Sequence record: DRR723986_4183
Direction: 5' to 3' (one strand)
DNA length: 37,339 nt
Under the pieces are notes generated by a model. That model saw only the letters and a program-made list of their open reading frames with translations, did not search any database and was not told the DNA's origin. A program made the position numbers and the translations under genes. Positions 19,636 through 29,209 of the stretch are shown here, in pieces (position 1 is the first letter of the stretch; every line of letters begins with the position of its first letter).

Positions 19636-20052
19636 TCAAAAGGTTAACCAGTCTCCACCAGTGCCTTTTTCCAGCATGCCCGCAAGGCCAGAAACTTCAA
19701 CGGCAGGGCGTTTTATAAGGTCTGCAGCATCAATATTGTGTTCGGCAAGCGCCGTTTCACACGCAACAAACCGCGCATTAAGGGCGGCAATGCCGTCCAA
19801 CAGGACCCCGCTGTCAGCAACGCCCTTGGCAATCAATGCGGCATCCATTTCCGGGCCGGTTTTACCCGCAACGGTTTTCAGGTTTTCCCAGCCGTCGACT
19901 ATTAGAAAATGTATGGCGTTTTTCGAAAAAAAGAATGTTACAGGTCGGCCTACGGCTGCGGCGGTCGCGCCCATCATCAAGGCCATATGAATGCGCTCCG
20001 CCTCACCGGACATCATAATGAGTGTCATAGGGCGCTTAATTTCTTTAGCCAT
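19636..20052 (-). CDS. DsrE/DsrF/DrsH-like family protein
   Basis: ERIHMALMMGATAAAVGRPVTFFF and ACETAL motifs; start at MAKEIKR. Confidence 0.78.
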   Translation of the reverse strand: MAKEIKRPMTLIMMSGEAERIHMALMMGATAAAVGRPVTFFFSKNAIHFLIVDGWENLKTVAGKTGPEMDAALIAKGVADSGVLLDGIAALNARFVACETALAEHNIDAADLIKRPAVEVSGLAGMLEKGTGGDWLTF

Positions 20053-20530
20053 ATTTATGATTCTCTTTGCCAACAGTATTCGCTATCGGGGCCAATCTTT
20101 TAATCAGATATTCCTCTAACGCTGGAGCAATCCATGCGTATTCGTAATCAGATATCACGATAACGCATATTGCCATGGGATTAACTGAATAGATCGGTGT
20201 CTTAAATTTATGCTCACCATGAGCGCTCAATAACCACTTGGTTTTATCTGACTTGTCCGTTTTAAAATAGGTGTTCAATCGGTGACCAATGGCATTATTA
20301 TTTGATGCCTTACCTATATAAATTATCTCATCTTTTGCATCCAAAAGAAAATAAACCCCAGCATTCCAGCTACCGTTTTCACTGCCGGGGAAATAGTCAT
20401 TCTTAGCCCAGATATCATCAAGTGTTCTCGGTTCGGTCATCTCAAGGTTTTCAAGTTTTGGCATCGCTTCAATGCGCAGAAACCCTTCAAATTGCTTCAG
20501 TGCAGATCGTGCTTTCGAAATACTAGCCAT
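20045..20530 (-). CDS. GIY-YIG nuclease family protein
   Basis: GVY(FLLD...II)YIGKA, conserved Arg (IGHRL), Glu (LEEYLI) and Asn (PIAN); AT-richer than flanking genes; start at MASISK. Confidence 0.8.
   Translation of the reverse strand: MASISKARSALKQFEGFLRIEAMPKLENLEMTEPRTLDDIWAKNDYFPGSENGSWNAGVYFLLDAKDEIIYIGKASNNNAIGHRLNTYFKTDKSDKTKWLLSAHGEHKFKTPIYSVNPMAICVIVISDYEYAWIAPALEEYLIKRLAPIANTVGKENHKYG
20046..20059. repeat. 14-bp direct repeat, copy 1 (TAGCCATATTTATG)
   Basis: Identical to 20524-20537; contains the dsrE start codon. Confidence 0.9.
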
Positions 20531-20537
20531 ATTTATG
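20524..20537. repeat. 14-bp direct repeat, copy 2 (TAGCCATATTTATG)
   Basis: Identical to 20046-20059; contains the moeB stop and the GIY-YIG start. Confidence 0.9.
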
Positions 20538-21297
20538 TATCTCCCGCGCAAACAGCGCACTTGGGGTCTTGCGGCAAGCCAATGGTGCGGCTGGTGGCGC
20601 TTAGGGCATCATAAATCAACATTTTCCCTGCTAGGCTATCACCAATGTTTAAAATTTCCTTCAGCACCTCAACCGCTTGCAGGGTGCCAACCACACCAGC
20701 AACTGCACCGAGAATACCCATATCTGAGCACGTGCGCTGCATATCGGCGGGCGGCTCTTCAGGTAAAAAACACCGGTAACACGGCAAGCCCTTGCCAGCG
20801 TGTGGCTTGAAAGTAGCAAGCTGTCCCTCAAATGGCCCCAACGCTGCCGATACCAGCGTTTTGCGTAACGCTACACAGGTATCGTTGACCAAATGACGGG
20901 TTGCAAAATTATCAGTACCATCCGCCACAATGTCATAGTCACCCATAATCGCGGTAGCATTGTCTGCAGTTAGTCTTTCAATATGTTCAATTACCGTTAC
21001 ATCACTATTCAGCGCATTAATCTTGGCCGCAGCGCTTTTGGTTTTAAGTCTGCCAACATCATCGGTTGCGTGAATAATTTGCCGTTGCAGGTTCGACAGA
21101 TCAACCTTGTCATCATCGACAATACCAAGTGTGCCAACCCCGGCAGCGGCGAGATATTGCAGCAAAGGCGAGCCAAGCCCGCCAGCACCCACAACGAGCA
21201 CTCGCGCACTCAGTAAGGCCATTTGCCCTGCCCCGCCCACATCCTTCAGGATGATATGGCGGGCGTAACGCTCTAGCTGTTCGTCGGTAAAATCCAA
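20533..21297 (-). CDS. moeB: HesA/MoeB/ThiF adenylyltransferase
   Basis: ERYARHIIL, GAGGLGSP, SNLQRQ, DGTDNF, PCYRC, TCSDMG, DPKCAVC; TTG start. Confidence 0.88.
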   Translation of the reverse strand: MDFTDEQLERYARHIILKDVGGAGQMALLSARVLVVGAGGLGSPLLQYLAAAGVGTLGIVDDDKVDLSNLQRQIIHATDDVGRLKTKSAAAKINALNSDVTVIEHIERLTADNATAIMGDYDIVADGTDNFATRHLVNDTCVALRKTLVSAALGPFEGQLATFKPHAGKGLPCYRCFLPEEPPADMQRTCSDMGILGAVAGVVGTLQAVEVLKEILNIGDSLAGKMLIYDALSATSRTIGLPQDPKCAVCAGDT

Positions 21298-21321
21298 AGC
21301 TCTATCCTGATGGTTTAGGCT

Positions 21322-21528
21322 CTAATTCCCGAAGAAATCGAAGATGTTGGCGAGCGTGCTGGTGCTGCCCTTATATAGTTCCGTGTAATTACAATTGTCG
21401 CAGCTAATCGCCGTGAAGCGTTTGTTCTGCACATTGAAGAACTTAGAAAGCCAACCACCCGTCATGGTAATTTCGTCGGTGTCATAGCGTGTGCCGCCGC
21501 ATTTTGTGCATTCCCACCGTTTGCTCAT
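21322..21528 (-). CDS. Small zinc-ribbon protein (COG3478-like)
   Basis: CTKC...FNVQNKRF.AISCDNCNYTELYK; AGGAG SD. Confidence 0.8.
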   Translation of the reverse strand: MSKRWECTKCGGTRYDTDEITMTGGWLSKFFNVQNKRFTAISCDNCNYTELYKGSTSTLANIFDFFGN

Positions 21529-21537
21529 AATATGCTC

Positions 21538-21996
21538 CTATCGTGTTCCTGTAGACCCAAAGCCGCCCGCGCCGCGTGCGGTCTCGTCGAGGCTGTCCAC
21601 TTCAACCCATTGGCCCTGCGTTACCGGCGCGATAACCATCTGCGCCACGCGCATACCGCGCTCAATGGTAAAAGGCTCATTGGACAGGTTGACCAAAATC
21701 ACTTTCACTTCGCCGCGGTAGTCAGCGTCGATGGTGCCCGGTGTGTTCAGCACGCTGACACCGTTTTTGGCTGCGAGACCAGACCGAGGGCGAACCTGCG
21801 CTTCATAGCCTGCTGGCAGTGCCATCGCCAAGCCAGTTGGGATCATGGCGCGCTCCAGCGCACCCAGCGTTATCGCTTCATCTTCGCCCAGCGCGGCATA
21901 AAGATCCATGCCTGCACTTTGCGCGGTTTCATATTTCGGCAGCAGCAACCCTTCACCGTGTTCAAGGGTTTTCACATTAATAGAAACAGAGGTCAT
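21538..21996 (-). CDS. dut: dUTP diphosphatase
   Basis: [37 protein letters not shown]. Confidence 0.97.
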   Translation of the reverse strand: MTSVSINVKTLEHGEGLLLPKYETAQSAGMDLYAALGEDEAITLGALERAMIPTGLAMALPAGYEAQVRPRSGLAAKNGVSVLNTPGTIDADYRGEVKVILVNLSNEPFTIERGMRVAQMVIAPVTQGQWVEVDSLDETARGAGGFGSTGTR

Positions 21997-22014
21997 AAGT
22001 TCGCTTTCGGTAGA

Positions 22015-23220
22015 TTATGTGTTGAGGCTATCCGCAATGGTTTGGGCAAGCCTTATCGCAACATCTTGTTTGCTCATATTGGGCCAGCTATCAACATTGT
22101 TTTCAGTGATAACATGCACCTGATTATCGGCCCCGCCCATAACACCAGAGGCGGCTGATACATCGTTAGCTACGATAATATCGCAGCCTTTCCGCGCCCG
22201 CTTGGCCGTGGCATAGTCAATCACTTGCTCAGTTTCAGCGGCGAAGCCAACAACAAGTGCCGGACGGCCTTCTTGCATTGAAGACAAGCCCTTTAAAATA
22301 TCCGGATTTTCGCACAATGCCAGTTCGGGAATACCGTCCTTTGATTTCTTGAGCTTTTCACCCAATGTGCCCGATTGCATGCGCCAGTCAGAAACAGCGG
22401 CCACACAAACGGCGGCGTCTGCTGGCAGCGCGCCGATAACCTCAGCATTCATTTCCAGCGCGGTTTCAACATCAATACGGTGCACACCAACCGGCGTTTC
22501 TAGCGATACCGGCCCTGCCACTAGGGTGACATTTGCACCCAGTTCCGCCAACGCACCCGCTATTTCAAAGCCTTGTTTGCCCGATGACCGGTTGGCGATA
22601 AAACGCACAGGGTCAATCGGTTCTTGGGTTGGGCCGGCGGTTACAATGATTTTCTTGCCCGATAAAATCCGCGCGCCGCCCGCGAAAAAATCTTCCACCG
22701 CGGCTACCATATCTGGCACTTCCGCCAACCTGCCCGGGCCAACTTCGCCGCACGCAAGCATGCCCGCGCCGGGGCCAACCATCAGCACACCGTCGCGCTT
22801 TAAGGTTTCCAAATTACGCTGTGTGGCTTTATGCGCCCACATCTCGGCATTCATGGCGGGGGCCACCATCACCTGTTTGTCGGTTGCCAGAAGGATGGTA
22901 CTGGCAAGGTCGTTAGCAAGGCCATTTGCCATTTTCGCCATCAGATCAGCGGTTGCAGGGGCAATCAGAACCAAATCAGCTTCCCGGGACAGTCGGATAT
23001 GGCCCATTTCGGCTTCGTCTTTCAGGGAAAACAAATCTGTGTAGCATTCATCGCCCGTAAGGCTCGCAACACTAAGCGGGGTGATAAACTGTTGACCACC
23101 GGGCGTAAGCACACCGCGCACACTGGCCCCGCGCTCCATCAACCTTCGGGCCAAATCAAGCGATTTGTAGGCCGCAACACCGCCGCCGATAATCAGTAAT
23201 ATTCTTTTGCCGTCCAGCAT
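22015..23220 (-). CDS. coaBC: Bifunctional phosphopantothenoylcysteine decarboxylase/ligase
   Basis: [57 protein letters not shown] 23220 with GGAG SD. Confidence 0.96.
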   Translation of the reverse strand: MLDGKRILLIIGGGVAAYKSLDLARRLMERGASVRGVLTPGGQQFITPLSVASLTGDECYTDLFSLKDEAEMGHIRLSREADLVLIAPATADLMAKMANGLANDLASTILLATDKQVMVAPAMNAEMWAHKATQRNLETLKRDGVLMVGPGAGMLACGEVGPGRLAEVPDMVAAVEDFFAGGARILSGKKIIVTAGPTQEPIDPVRFIANRSSGKQGFEIAGALAELGANVTLVAGPVSLETPVGVHRIDVETALEMNAEVIGALPADAAVCVAAVSDWRMQSGTLGEKLKKSKDGIPELALCENPDILKGLSSMQEGRPALVVGFAAETEQVIDYATAKRARKGCDIIVANDVSAASGVMGGADNQVHVITENNVDSWPNMSKQDVAIRLAQTIADSLNT

Positions 23221-23243
23221 ATGTTTCTGCTCCACAGTTCAAC

Positions 23244-23275
23244 AGACATATAGGCGGCTTTACCGTTGGCTGCAA
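23244..23275 (-). promoter_or_regulatory. Candidate sigma70 promoter of coaBC
   Basis: Minus strand TTGCAG...GCCTATAT, resembling alphaproteobacterial housekeeping promoters. Confidence 0.4.
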
Positions 23276-23376
23276 TCCTTGCCTCTGCAACAGGGTTGAG
23301 TTTTGTATGCACAATAGTGTGACCTTGAAGCGGTCAAAATTATTGGATAAGCTTTTTTATGCACATGGAGAGATGT

Positions 23377-25269
23377 ATGAAACGACGTTTAAGGCCTTAT
23401 GCTGTTTGTATTTTAGCAGCATTTCAGCCGCTTGCGAGCCCTGCGCATGCAAATGAGGCTGAATGCAACGAGCTGGCTGCATATCCGGATGAGGGTGTTG
23501 CGGGTGTTACTGATAAAGACTTTGATGCCTTAAACGCCATTCTTGCCTGTAAACCTGCAGCCGATGCAGCACCCAAAAATGCGCGACTGAATATGCAAAC
23601 CGCGCGCGCTTATATGGCCCTTGATAAAGGCAAGGAAGCCTATGAGTATTTGATCAAGGCTGCCAATAATGGCAGTTGGCGCGCGCAGCTTACTGTTTAT
23701 GATTGGGCGACCAGAAAACAGCCAATTGTTAACCTGACTAATGAAGTCAAAATGCAGCTTTTAACAGCAGCGGCAAAGTCTGGCCCACCGAGGGCTGGGC
23801 TTTTGTTAGTTATGAATTATGTTGAGGGTCGCTACACCAAAAAGGATTTAGGTAAAGCGGCCGCTCTTGCCAAAGAGCTTGCAGACAAAGGCTCTGCTGC
23901 TGCCATGCGCATGTATGGACAATTGATTGATGGCGGTGCTGTCGCTGGCGCGAGTAAAGCAGAAGCTCGCACATGGCTTGAAAAAGCTGCGAACGCGGGT
24001 GATGCTGAGGCCATGTCGTTATTTGGGGGTGCCCTCTTGAGCACCAGCGATTATAAAAAAGGCTTTAACTGGCTCAAGAAAGCTGCTGACCTCAATCATA
24101 ATGCGTCTCAAAGACTAGTGATCGATATTCTTCAAAACGGCGCTAAAAACATAAAAAACGGTAATAAAAAATTAAAGCCTAACAAGCGGCTGGCTGATCG
24201 CACATTGAAAGAATGGGCATCAAAAGATTTTTTGTTTGCGCTTGCTATCCTTGGGCAAGACCACACGGAAAAAGGGCTGGCAAGCGGACCTGAATATGTG
24301 AAAAGGGCCTTTGATGCGGGGCACATTAACAGCGGATGGTTTCTCGTAAAGCATTACAATAAAAAGAAGGATAAAAATAACACGCAGAAATGGCTTGATC
24401 TCATTTGGGACAAAGGCGATCTCGGAATAAAAGCTGATGTCCTTGATTTCTACAACGAAGAAAATGATTTGGTTGGATTCTACCGCGCATTTGCCCGCAT
24501 GGAGGCAGAGTTGCTAAAGCAGGACCCAATCGAAGGCCATTTTGTTGCTGCGCAGATATTGAGCGGCCGGTTCGGCTTTCCAGGCCTGCAAAAATATTGG
24601 AAAGCCACCGAGAAAAACATTGCACTCTATATGCAAAAGGGTGGCACAGAGGCTGCAGCTAAAGTTGCTGATCTTTTATTGCCACATGTGAAAAAGCTAT
24701 CGAAATACTATAATAAGGCCAAGACAACGCGTTACGGAAATCAAAAATATAACAAATATTATGCGCCGATGTTCAAGTCTATGTATGAAACCTTGATTGA
24801 CATTGTTTTGAACGAAAATGTGAAACTTGATCGAAGAGTATTCTCACAAAATAGAAAAAGCTATAGCGATGCTGTGGATACAGCTATGAGCTTCCACAAT
24901 CGGGGTTTGCGCGAAGTTTCAAACTCTAACAATTTTGCAGCATTCCTTCGCAGAGGCTATGCACCGGACTGCGGCACCATGCCAAGACTTACGCCAGACA
25001 ATGCAAATGCCGCGGCGGTAAAGGATGGCAACACGCGTTTTAGAAAGTGGCGTGACTGTATTTTTGCTAAATTTGAAGAGGCCACCAAGCGCGAGCAGGA
25101 TCTCGGGCTTTGGAGAGGGTACCGCGAGACCAATATGGGCTTTGAAGACTATCGTCTCAAGAGCTTGCATAATCAAAATGTTTCAACGTTCAAGAAAAAA
25201 ATAACAGACGACAATGCTAAGTTGAACAACGCAATAATGGCGCGGAACGAACGCATTGCCAAAAAATAA
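23377..25269 (+). CDS. Secreted Sel1-repeat (TPR-like) protein with an unassigned C-terminal region
   Basis: Signal peptide, CNELAAYPD..AGV N-domain, repeats such as ARTWLEKAANAGDAEAM and FNWLKKAADLNH; GGAGAG SD before ATG 23377. Confidence 0.8.
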   Translation: MKRRLRPYAVCILAAFQPLASPAHANEAECNELAAYPDEGVAGVTDKDFDALNAILACKPAADAAPKNARLNMQTARAYMALDKGKEAYEYLIKAANNGSWRAQLTVYDWATRKQPIVNLTNEVKMQLLTAAAKSGPPRAGLLLVMNYVEGRYTKKDLGKAAALAKELADKGSAAAMRMYGQLIDGGAVAGASKAEARTWLEKAANAGDAEAMSLFGGALLSTSDYKKGFNWLKKAADLNHNASQRLVIDILQNGAKNIKNGNKKLKPNKRLADRTLKEWASKDFLFALAILGQDHTEKGLASGPEYVKRAFDAGHINSGWFLVKHYNKKKDKNNTQKWLDLIWDKGDLGIKADVLDFYNEENDLVGFYRAFARMEAELLKQDPIEGHFVAAQILSGRFGFPGLQKYWKATEKNIALYMQKGGTEAAAKVADLLLPHVKKLSKYYNKAKTTRYGNQKYNKYYAPMFKSMYETLIDIVLNENVKLDRRVFSQNRKSYSDAVDTAMSFHNRGLREVSNSNNFAAFLRRGYAPDCGTMPRLTPDNANAAAVKDGNTRFRKWRDCIFAKFEEATKREQDLGLWRGYRETNMGFEDYRLKSLHNQNVSTFKKKITDDNAKLNNAIMARNERIAKK

Positions 25270-25303
25270 ACCTGTTAGGCTCTACACTTTTCTCAAACTG
25301 ACA

Positions 25304-25325
25304 GGTCGCGCTAATCAGCGCGACC
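25304..25325. terminator. GC-rich hairpin between convergent Sel1 and DoxX genes
   Basis: GGTCGCGCT-AATC-AGCGCGACC 9-bp stem; no U tract. Confidence 0.45.
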
Positions 25326-25347
25326 CGTGCATGCACCTCAAAGCATG

Positions 25348-25740
25348 TTAGGCTTCGGTAGCGCGACCATCTAAGCTAAATTCACCCGCACCGAACCGCG
25401 TCAGGATAAGAAACCCACCCGCTACGGCAACATTTTTAAGAAACAGCGCCGCTTCAACCTGCTGGCTGAAATCACTGTGAAACATCACGGCAGTGACGAG
25501 GCAAAACCCTGACAGCAAAAACGCGAGGATACGGGTTTTAAACCCAACCAAAATGGCTAAACCACCCAGCACTTCAAACAAAACCGTTGGCCAGTAAAGA
25601 AAGCCGGGAATACCCCCCGATTCCATAAAGGGCATAATTGCTTCTGGCCCTGCAGCGAATTTATTCAAGCCGCCTGCAATAAACAACAGCGACAACAATA
25701 TGCGCCCCAAAAGTGCAAAATATGGATCAAACTTTTCCAT
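25348..25740 (-). CDS. DoxX family membrane protein
   Basis: LLGRILLSLLFI.GG.NK, EVLGGLAILVGFKTR, FLKNVAVAGGFL, GAGEFSLD; GGGGAG SD. Confidence 0.9.
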   Translation of the reverse strand: MEKFDPYFALLGRILLSLLFIAGGLNKFAAGPEAIMPFMESGGIPGFLYWPTVLFEVLGGLAILVGFKTRILAFLLSGFCLVTAVMFHSDFSQQVEAALFLKNVAVAGGFLILTRFGAGEFSLDGRATEA

Positions 25741-25836
25741 GCGTATTCTCCCCTGAAATTGAGCAACATGCTCAAAATTTTCGAAGGAAGTGTGGCTTAA
25801 AAAACGAAACTGCGCAAATTTATCACCGAACTTATT

Positions 25837-27366
25837 CTAATAAGTGAGGATTTTTAACACCAGCGCACCGACAATTAGGCCAAAGGCAAACGGCCACAAG
25901 CTGCTATTCCTCGGGGCTGGCTTTTGCATTTCAGGGACAGGCTGAGCCGGATTTTGATCTTCGGCAAGCCACCGCTCAAGGCGTGATGGCAAGCGCTCCA
26001 TCAACCGTGGCAGTTGGTTGATCGCATCCGCCAACTGAATCTCAGGCGACAGGTTCGCGCGCACCCAGTGCTCAATCACTGGCTCAGATATTTGCCACAT
26101 GTTGGACTTAGGGTGCAAATGAAGCGCCATGCCTTCTGCCATCACCATCGTGCGCTGCAACAATAATAGTTGCGGCTGGGTTTGCATTTTGAACCGTTCA
26201 GTGGTGGCAAACAGTTGCGCCAATAGTTTGCCTGCTGAAATTTCCTCAACCGGCAAGTCCATAATCGGGTCCGCGATGGCGCGCATGGCCTGCGAAAACT
26301 CTTCCAGACTTTCGCCCGCTGGCACGTAGCCCGCGTCAAAATGCACTTCGGCCACCCGGTCATAATCACGGCGAATAAAGCCGTACAATATCTCCGCCAG
26401 AAATCGGCGCTCAAGCTTAGTCAAGCGGCCCATAATGCCAAAATCAACGGCAGCAATGGTGCCAGAAGGTTCAATGATCAGGTTACCCTGATGCAGATCT
26501 GCATGAAAGAACCCATCCCGCAGGGCTTGCTTCAAGAACACCTGCACAATGGTTGTGCCAAGCGCCTGCATATCGTGCCCGGCTTTTTCAAGCGCGGCAG
26601 CATCCGATACGCGGATACCGTCTACCCACTCCAGGGTCATAACACGGCGTGCGGTCAGCTCCCATTCGACAGTGGGTATTCGATAGCCCTGTTCGCCGGA
26701 CATATTGTCTGACAATTCAGCAGCAGCCGCGGCTTCAAGCCGCAAGTCCATTTCGCGCTCAACTGTTTCACGAATTTTATCGCACACTTGCAACAGGCGC
26801 AGGCGCCTTGCCTCGGCGCTGTTTTGCTCGGCCAATCCGGCCAACCATTCAAACAGGGCCAAGTCTCGCGTAAAGCGGCTTTCAATGTCGGGGCGCAAAA
26901 CTTTAACTGCTACTTTGCCGCCGATTTTCAGCTCGGCCTTATGCACCTGCGCAATTGAGGCTGCAGCAATTGCTTTTCCCTCAAACACACTGAAAATGTC
27001 GTCCAGCGACCGGCCAAGCTGCTCTTCTATGATTGCTTTAGCCTTTTTAAAGGCAAATGCAGGCAAGCGGTCTTGCAGTGTTGTCAGGCCTTCAGCGATG
27101 GGGCGGCCTACCAAGTCAGGCCGGGTCGCCAATGTTTGTCCCAGCTTTATGTAGGCGGGGCCCATGCCCGCAAGCGCCATGGCCAACCGCTCGCCGTCGC
27201 AGTCAGGCAAGCCGCGTCTACGCGGTATATAAAATGTCAGCACCCTAAGAAGCCGAGGGCCCCACGCTGGCACAACCTCAATACGGCTGAGCGCTCGTAT
27301 GGCACCAAACCGCCGCAGGCCAATGGCCATCAGATATAGCTGAAATAGATACCGAAAAACCCGCAC
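25837..27366 (-). CDS. ubiB: Ubiquinone biosynthesis protein kinase-like UbiB
   Basis: GPAYIKLGQ.LATRPD, AASIAQVH, VAVKVLRP, FFHADLHQGN, DFGIMG; downstream of ubiE. Confidence 0.95.
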   Translation of the reverse strand: MRVFRYLFQLYLMAIGLRRFGAIRALSRIEVVPAWGPRLLRVLTFYIPRRRGLPDCDGERLAMALAGMGPAYIKLGQTLATRPDLVGRPIAEGLTTLQDRLPAFAFKKAKAIIEEQLGRSLDDIFSVFEGKAIAAASIAQVHKAELKIGGKVAVKVLRPDIESRFTRDLALFEWLAGLAEQNSAEARRLRLLQVCDKIRETVEREMDLRLEAAAAAELSDNMSGEQGYRIPTVEWELTARRVMTLEWVDGIRVSDAAALEKAGHDMQALGTTIVQVFLKQALRDGFFHADLHQGNLIIEPSGTIAAVDFGIMGRLTKLERRFLAEILYGFIRRDYDRVAEVHFDAGYVPAGESLEEFSQAMRAIADPIMDLPVEEISAGKLLAQLFATTERFKMQTQPQLLLLQRTMVMAEGMALHLHPKSNMWQISEPVIEHWVRANLSPEIQLADAINQLPRLMERLPSRLERWLAEDQNPAQPVPEMQKPAPRNSSLWPFAFGLIVGALVLKILTY

Positions 27367-27377
27367 TGACCGCGCCC

Positions 27378-28178
27378 CTAAACCCGTGTGCCGCTATGAA
27401 TAGCGACAACACCCGCCGACATAGAACGCCACGTGGTTCTGCTAAACCCAGCACTGCTAATCATATGGTCAAATTTTTCGGGCGTCGGGAATCGGCGAAT
27501 TGACTCCACGAGATATTGGTAACTGTCCCGGTCTTGTGCCACCATTTGGCCCATCGCCGGAATAAATTTAAAACTATAGGCGTCGTAGGCCTTTTGCAAA
27601 ACCGGCACCACAGCAGGACTGAACTCAAGGCAGTGAAACCGCGCACCGGGCTTGAGCACACGGTATGCTTCTGCGAGCGCTTCTTCAATGCGGGTGACAT
27701 TGCGAATGCCGAAAGCAATGGTGTAAGCATCCATTGACCGATCACCGAAAGGCAGCTTCATGGCATCACCGCAAATAAACTCTGACCGGTCCGCATAACC
27801 CTTTTTTACCGCGCGCTCAGCGCCGACCCGCAGCATTTCAGCGTTAATGTCGCAAACCGTGACTGTGCTGCCCGCTGCAGCGTCCATAAAACGGAAGGCG
27901 ATGTCGCCAGTGCCGCCCGCCACATCAAGGAGGTGCATACCAGGCCGCGGGTTGATGCTATCTATTAGCGAGTTTTTCCAAATTCGGTGCACCCCGGCGC
28001 TCATGACATCATTCATAATGTCATACTGGTCTGCCACAGAGTTGAACACGCCTTTGACCAAACCCGCTTTTTCAGATTCGTCTACAGTTTTGAAACCGAA
28101 GTGCGTCGTGGACTGCGCGCCCACATCAGCAGTTGGTTCATTGGCATCGGTTTGGTTTTTGTCAGGAGAAGCGGGCAT
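27378..28178 (-). CDS. ubiE: Ubiquinone/menaquinone C-methyltransferase
   Basis: THFGF, YDIMNDVMSAGVHR.WK, DVAGGTGDIA, AFGIRNV, YQYLVESIRRFP. Confidence 0.96.
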   Translation of the reverse strand: MPASPDKNQTDANEPTADVGAQSTTHFGFKTVDESEKAGLVKGVFNSVADQYDIMNDVMSAGVHRIWKNSLIDSINPRPGMHLLDVAGGTGDIAFRFMDAAAGSTVTVCDINAEMLRVGAERAVKKGYADRSEFICGDAMKLPFGDRSMDAYTIAFGIRNVTRIEEALAEAYRVLKPGARFHCLEFSPAVVPVLQKAYDAYSFKFIPAMGQMVAQDRDSYQYLVESIRRFPTPEKFDHMISSAGFSRTTWRSMSAGVVAIHSGTRV

Positions 28179-28300
28179 TATGTCTTGTCACTTTACTATC
28201 GTCAGCTTATCGGTTGAGACTGGTTTATTCGCGCGGACCATAACCGACCGCGCCCCGGGATGCCAGTATCCATTGAATTGAGTGTAGGAAACGCGACAAT

Positions 28301-29137
28301 ATGCCCGAATTACCCGAAGTTGAAACCGTGCGCCGCGGCCTTGCCCCTATTTTGGAAAATACGCGCATTGTTGAAGCCCGCGCCCATGCCCCCAAGCTTC
28401 GCGTGGATATTCCCAAAGACTTTGATGCCCGGCTTTCTGGCAACCGGGTCACCCGGCTGGCGCGCCGTTCAAAATATATACTGATTGAATGTGAAGACGG
28501 GCTGGTTGCGATATTGCACCTAGGCATGTCTGGACGAATCAGTATTTATGCTAGGGGTAGTGAGCACCCGCCGCGCGCCAAACATGATCATATTACTCTG
28601 CGCACCGAAAACGATGATTTGGTTGTGTTTAATGATGCCCGCCGATTTGGATTGCTGGTATTTTCTTGCCAGGATGAGATTGATCAGCACGCCTTGATCA
28701 AAGACATCGGGCCGGAACCATTGGGTAACTCATTTAACAGTGCCCATTTAGCAAACGGACTAAAAAACCGAAAATCACCAATCAAAACCTGCCTTCTTGA
28801 TCAAAAACTAGTGGCGGGTTTGGGCAATATATATGTGTGCGAAGCCTTGTGGCGCGCCGGTATTGCGCCGACGCGTTTGGGCTGTACATTAACGCCAGCC
28901 GAAGTGGAGGCTTTGGTGCCAATCATCCGCACGATTCTTGAGGAAGCTATCGAGGCAGGGGGCTCTACCTTAAAAGATTATGCACAAGTTTCGGGCGAGC
29001 TAGGATATTTTCAGCACCGATTCAAAGCCTATGGTCGTGAAGGTGAACCTTGTGCCGCCAAAGGGTGTCAGGCTACAATTGAGCGTATTGTGCAATCAAA
29101 CCGATCGACATTTTATTGCCCTGATTGCCAAATATGA
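28301..29137 (+). CDS. mutM: Formamidopyrimidine-DNA glycosylase
   Basis: MPELPEVE, HLGMSG, GLGNIY, C-terminal zinc finger RSTFYCPDCQ. Confidence 0.97.
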   Translation: MPELPEVETVRRGLAPILENTRIVEARAHAPKLRVDIPKDFDARLSGNRVTRLARRSKYILIECEDGLVAILHLGMSGRISIYARGSEHPPRAKHDHITLRTENDDLVVFNDARRFGLLVFSCQDEIDQHALIKDIGPEPLGNSFNSAHLANGLKNRKSPIKTCLLDQKLVAGLGNIYVCEALWRAGIAPTRLGCTLTPAEVEALVPIIRTILEEAIEAGGSTLKDYAQVSGELGYFQHRFKAYGREGEPCAAKGCQATIERIVQSNRSTFYCPDCQI

Positions 29138-29209
29138 TCAATACTTCAACCTAACCGGATCAAATGATACATTCGACAACACCGATAATGCGTAAAAAGA
29201 AAGCGTGCC

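Noticed and set aside
20045-20530. UvrC fragment or intron-encoded endonuclease
   Set aside because: The ORF is intact with its own start and stop, lacks other UvrC domains, lies between genes rather than inside one, and leaves no room for intron RNA.
19636-21528. MoeB/ThiF + zinc ribbon + nuclease as a ubiquitin-like (E1) anti-phage system
   Set aside because: MoeB looks like the canonical housekeeping enzyme in its usual position after dut; no E2, JAB or ubiquitin-like gene is present.
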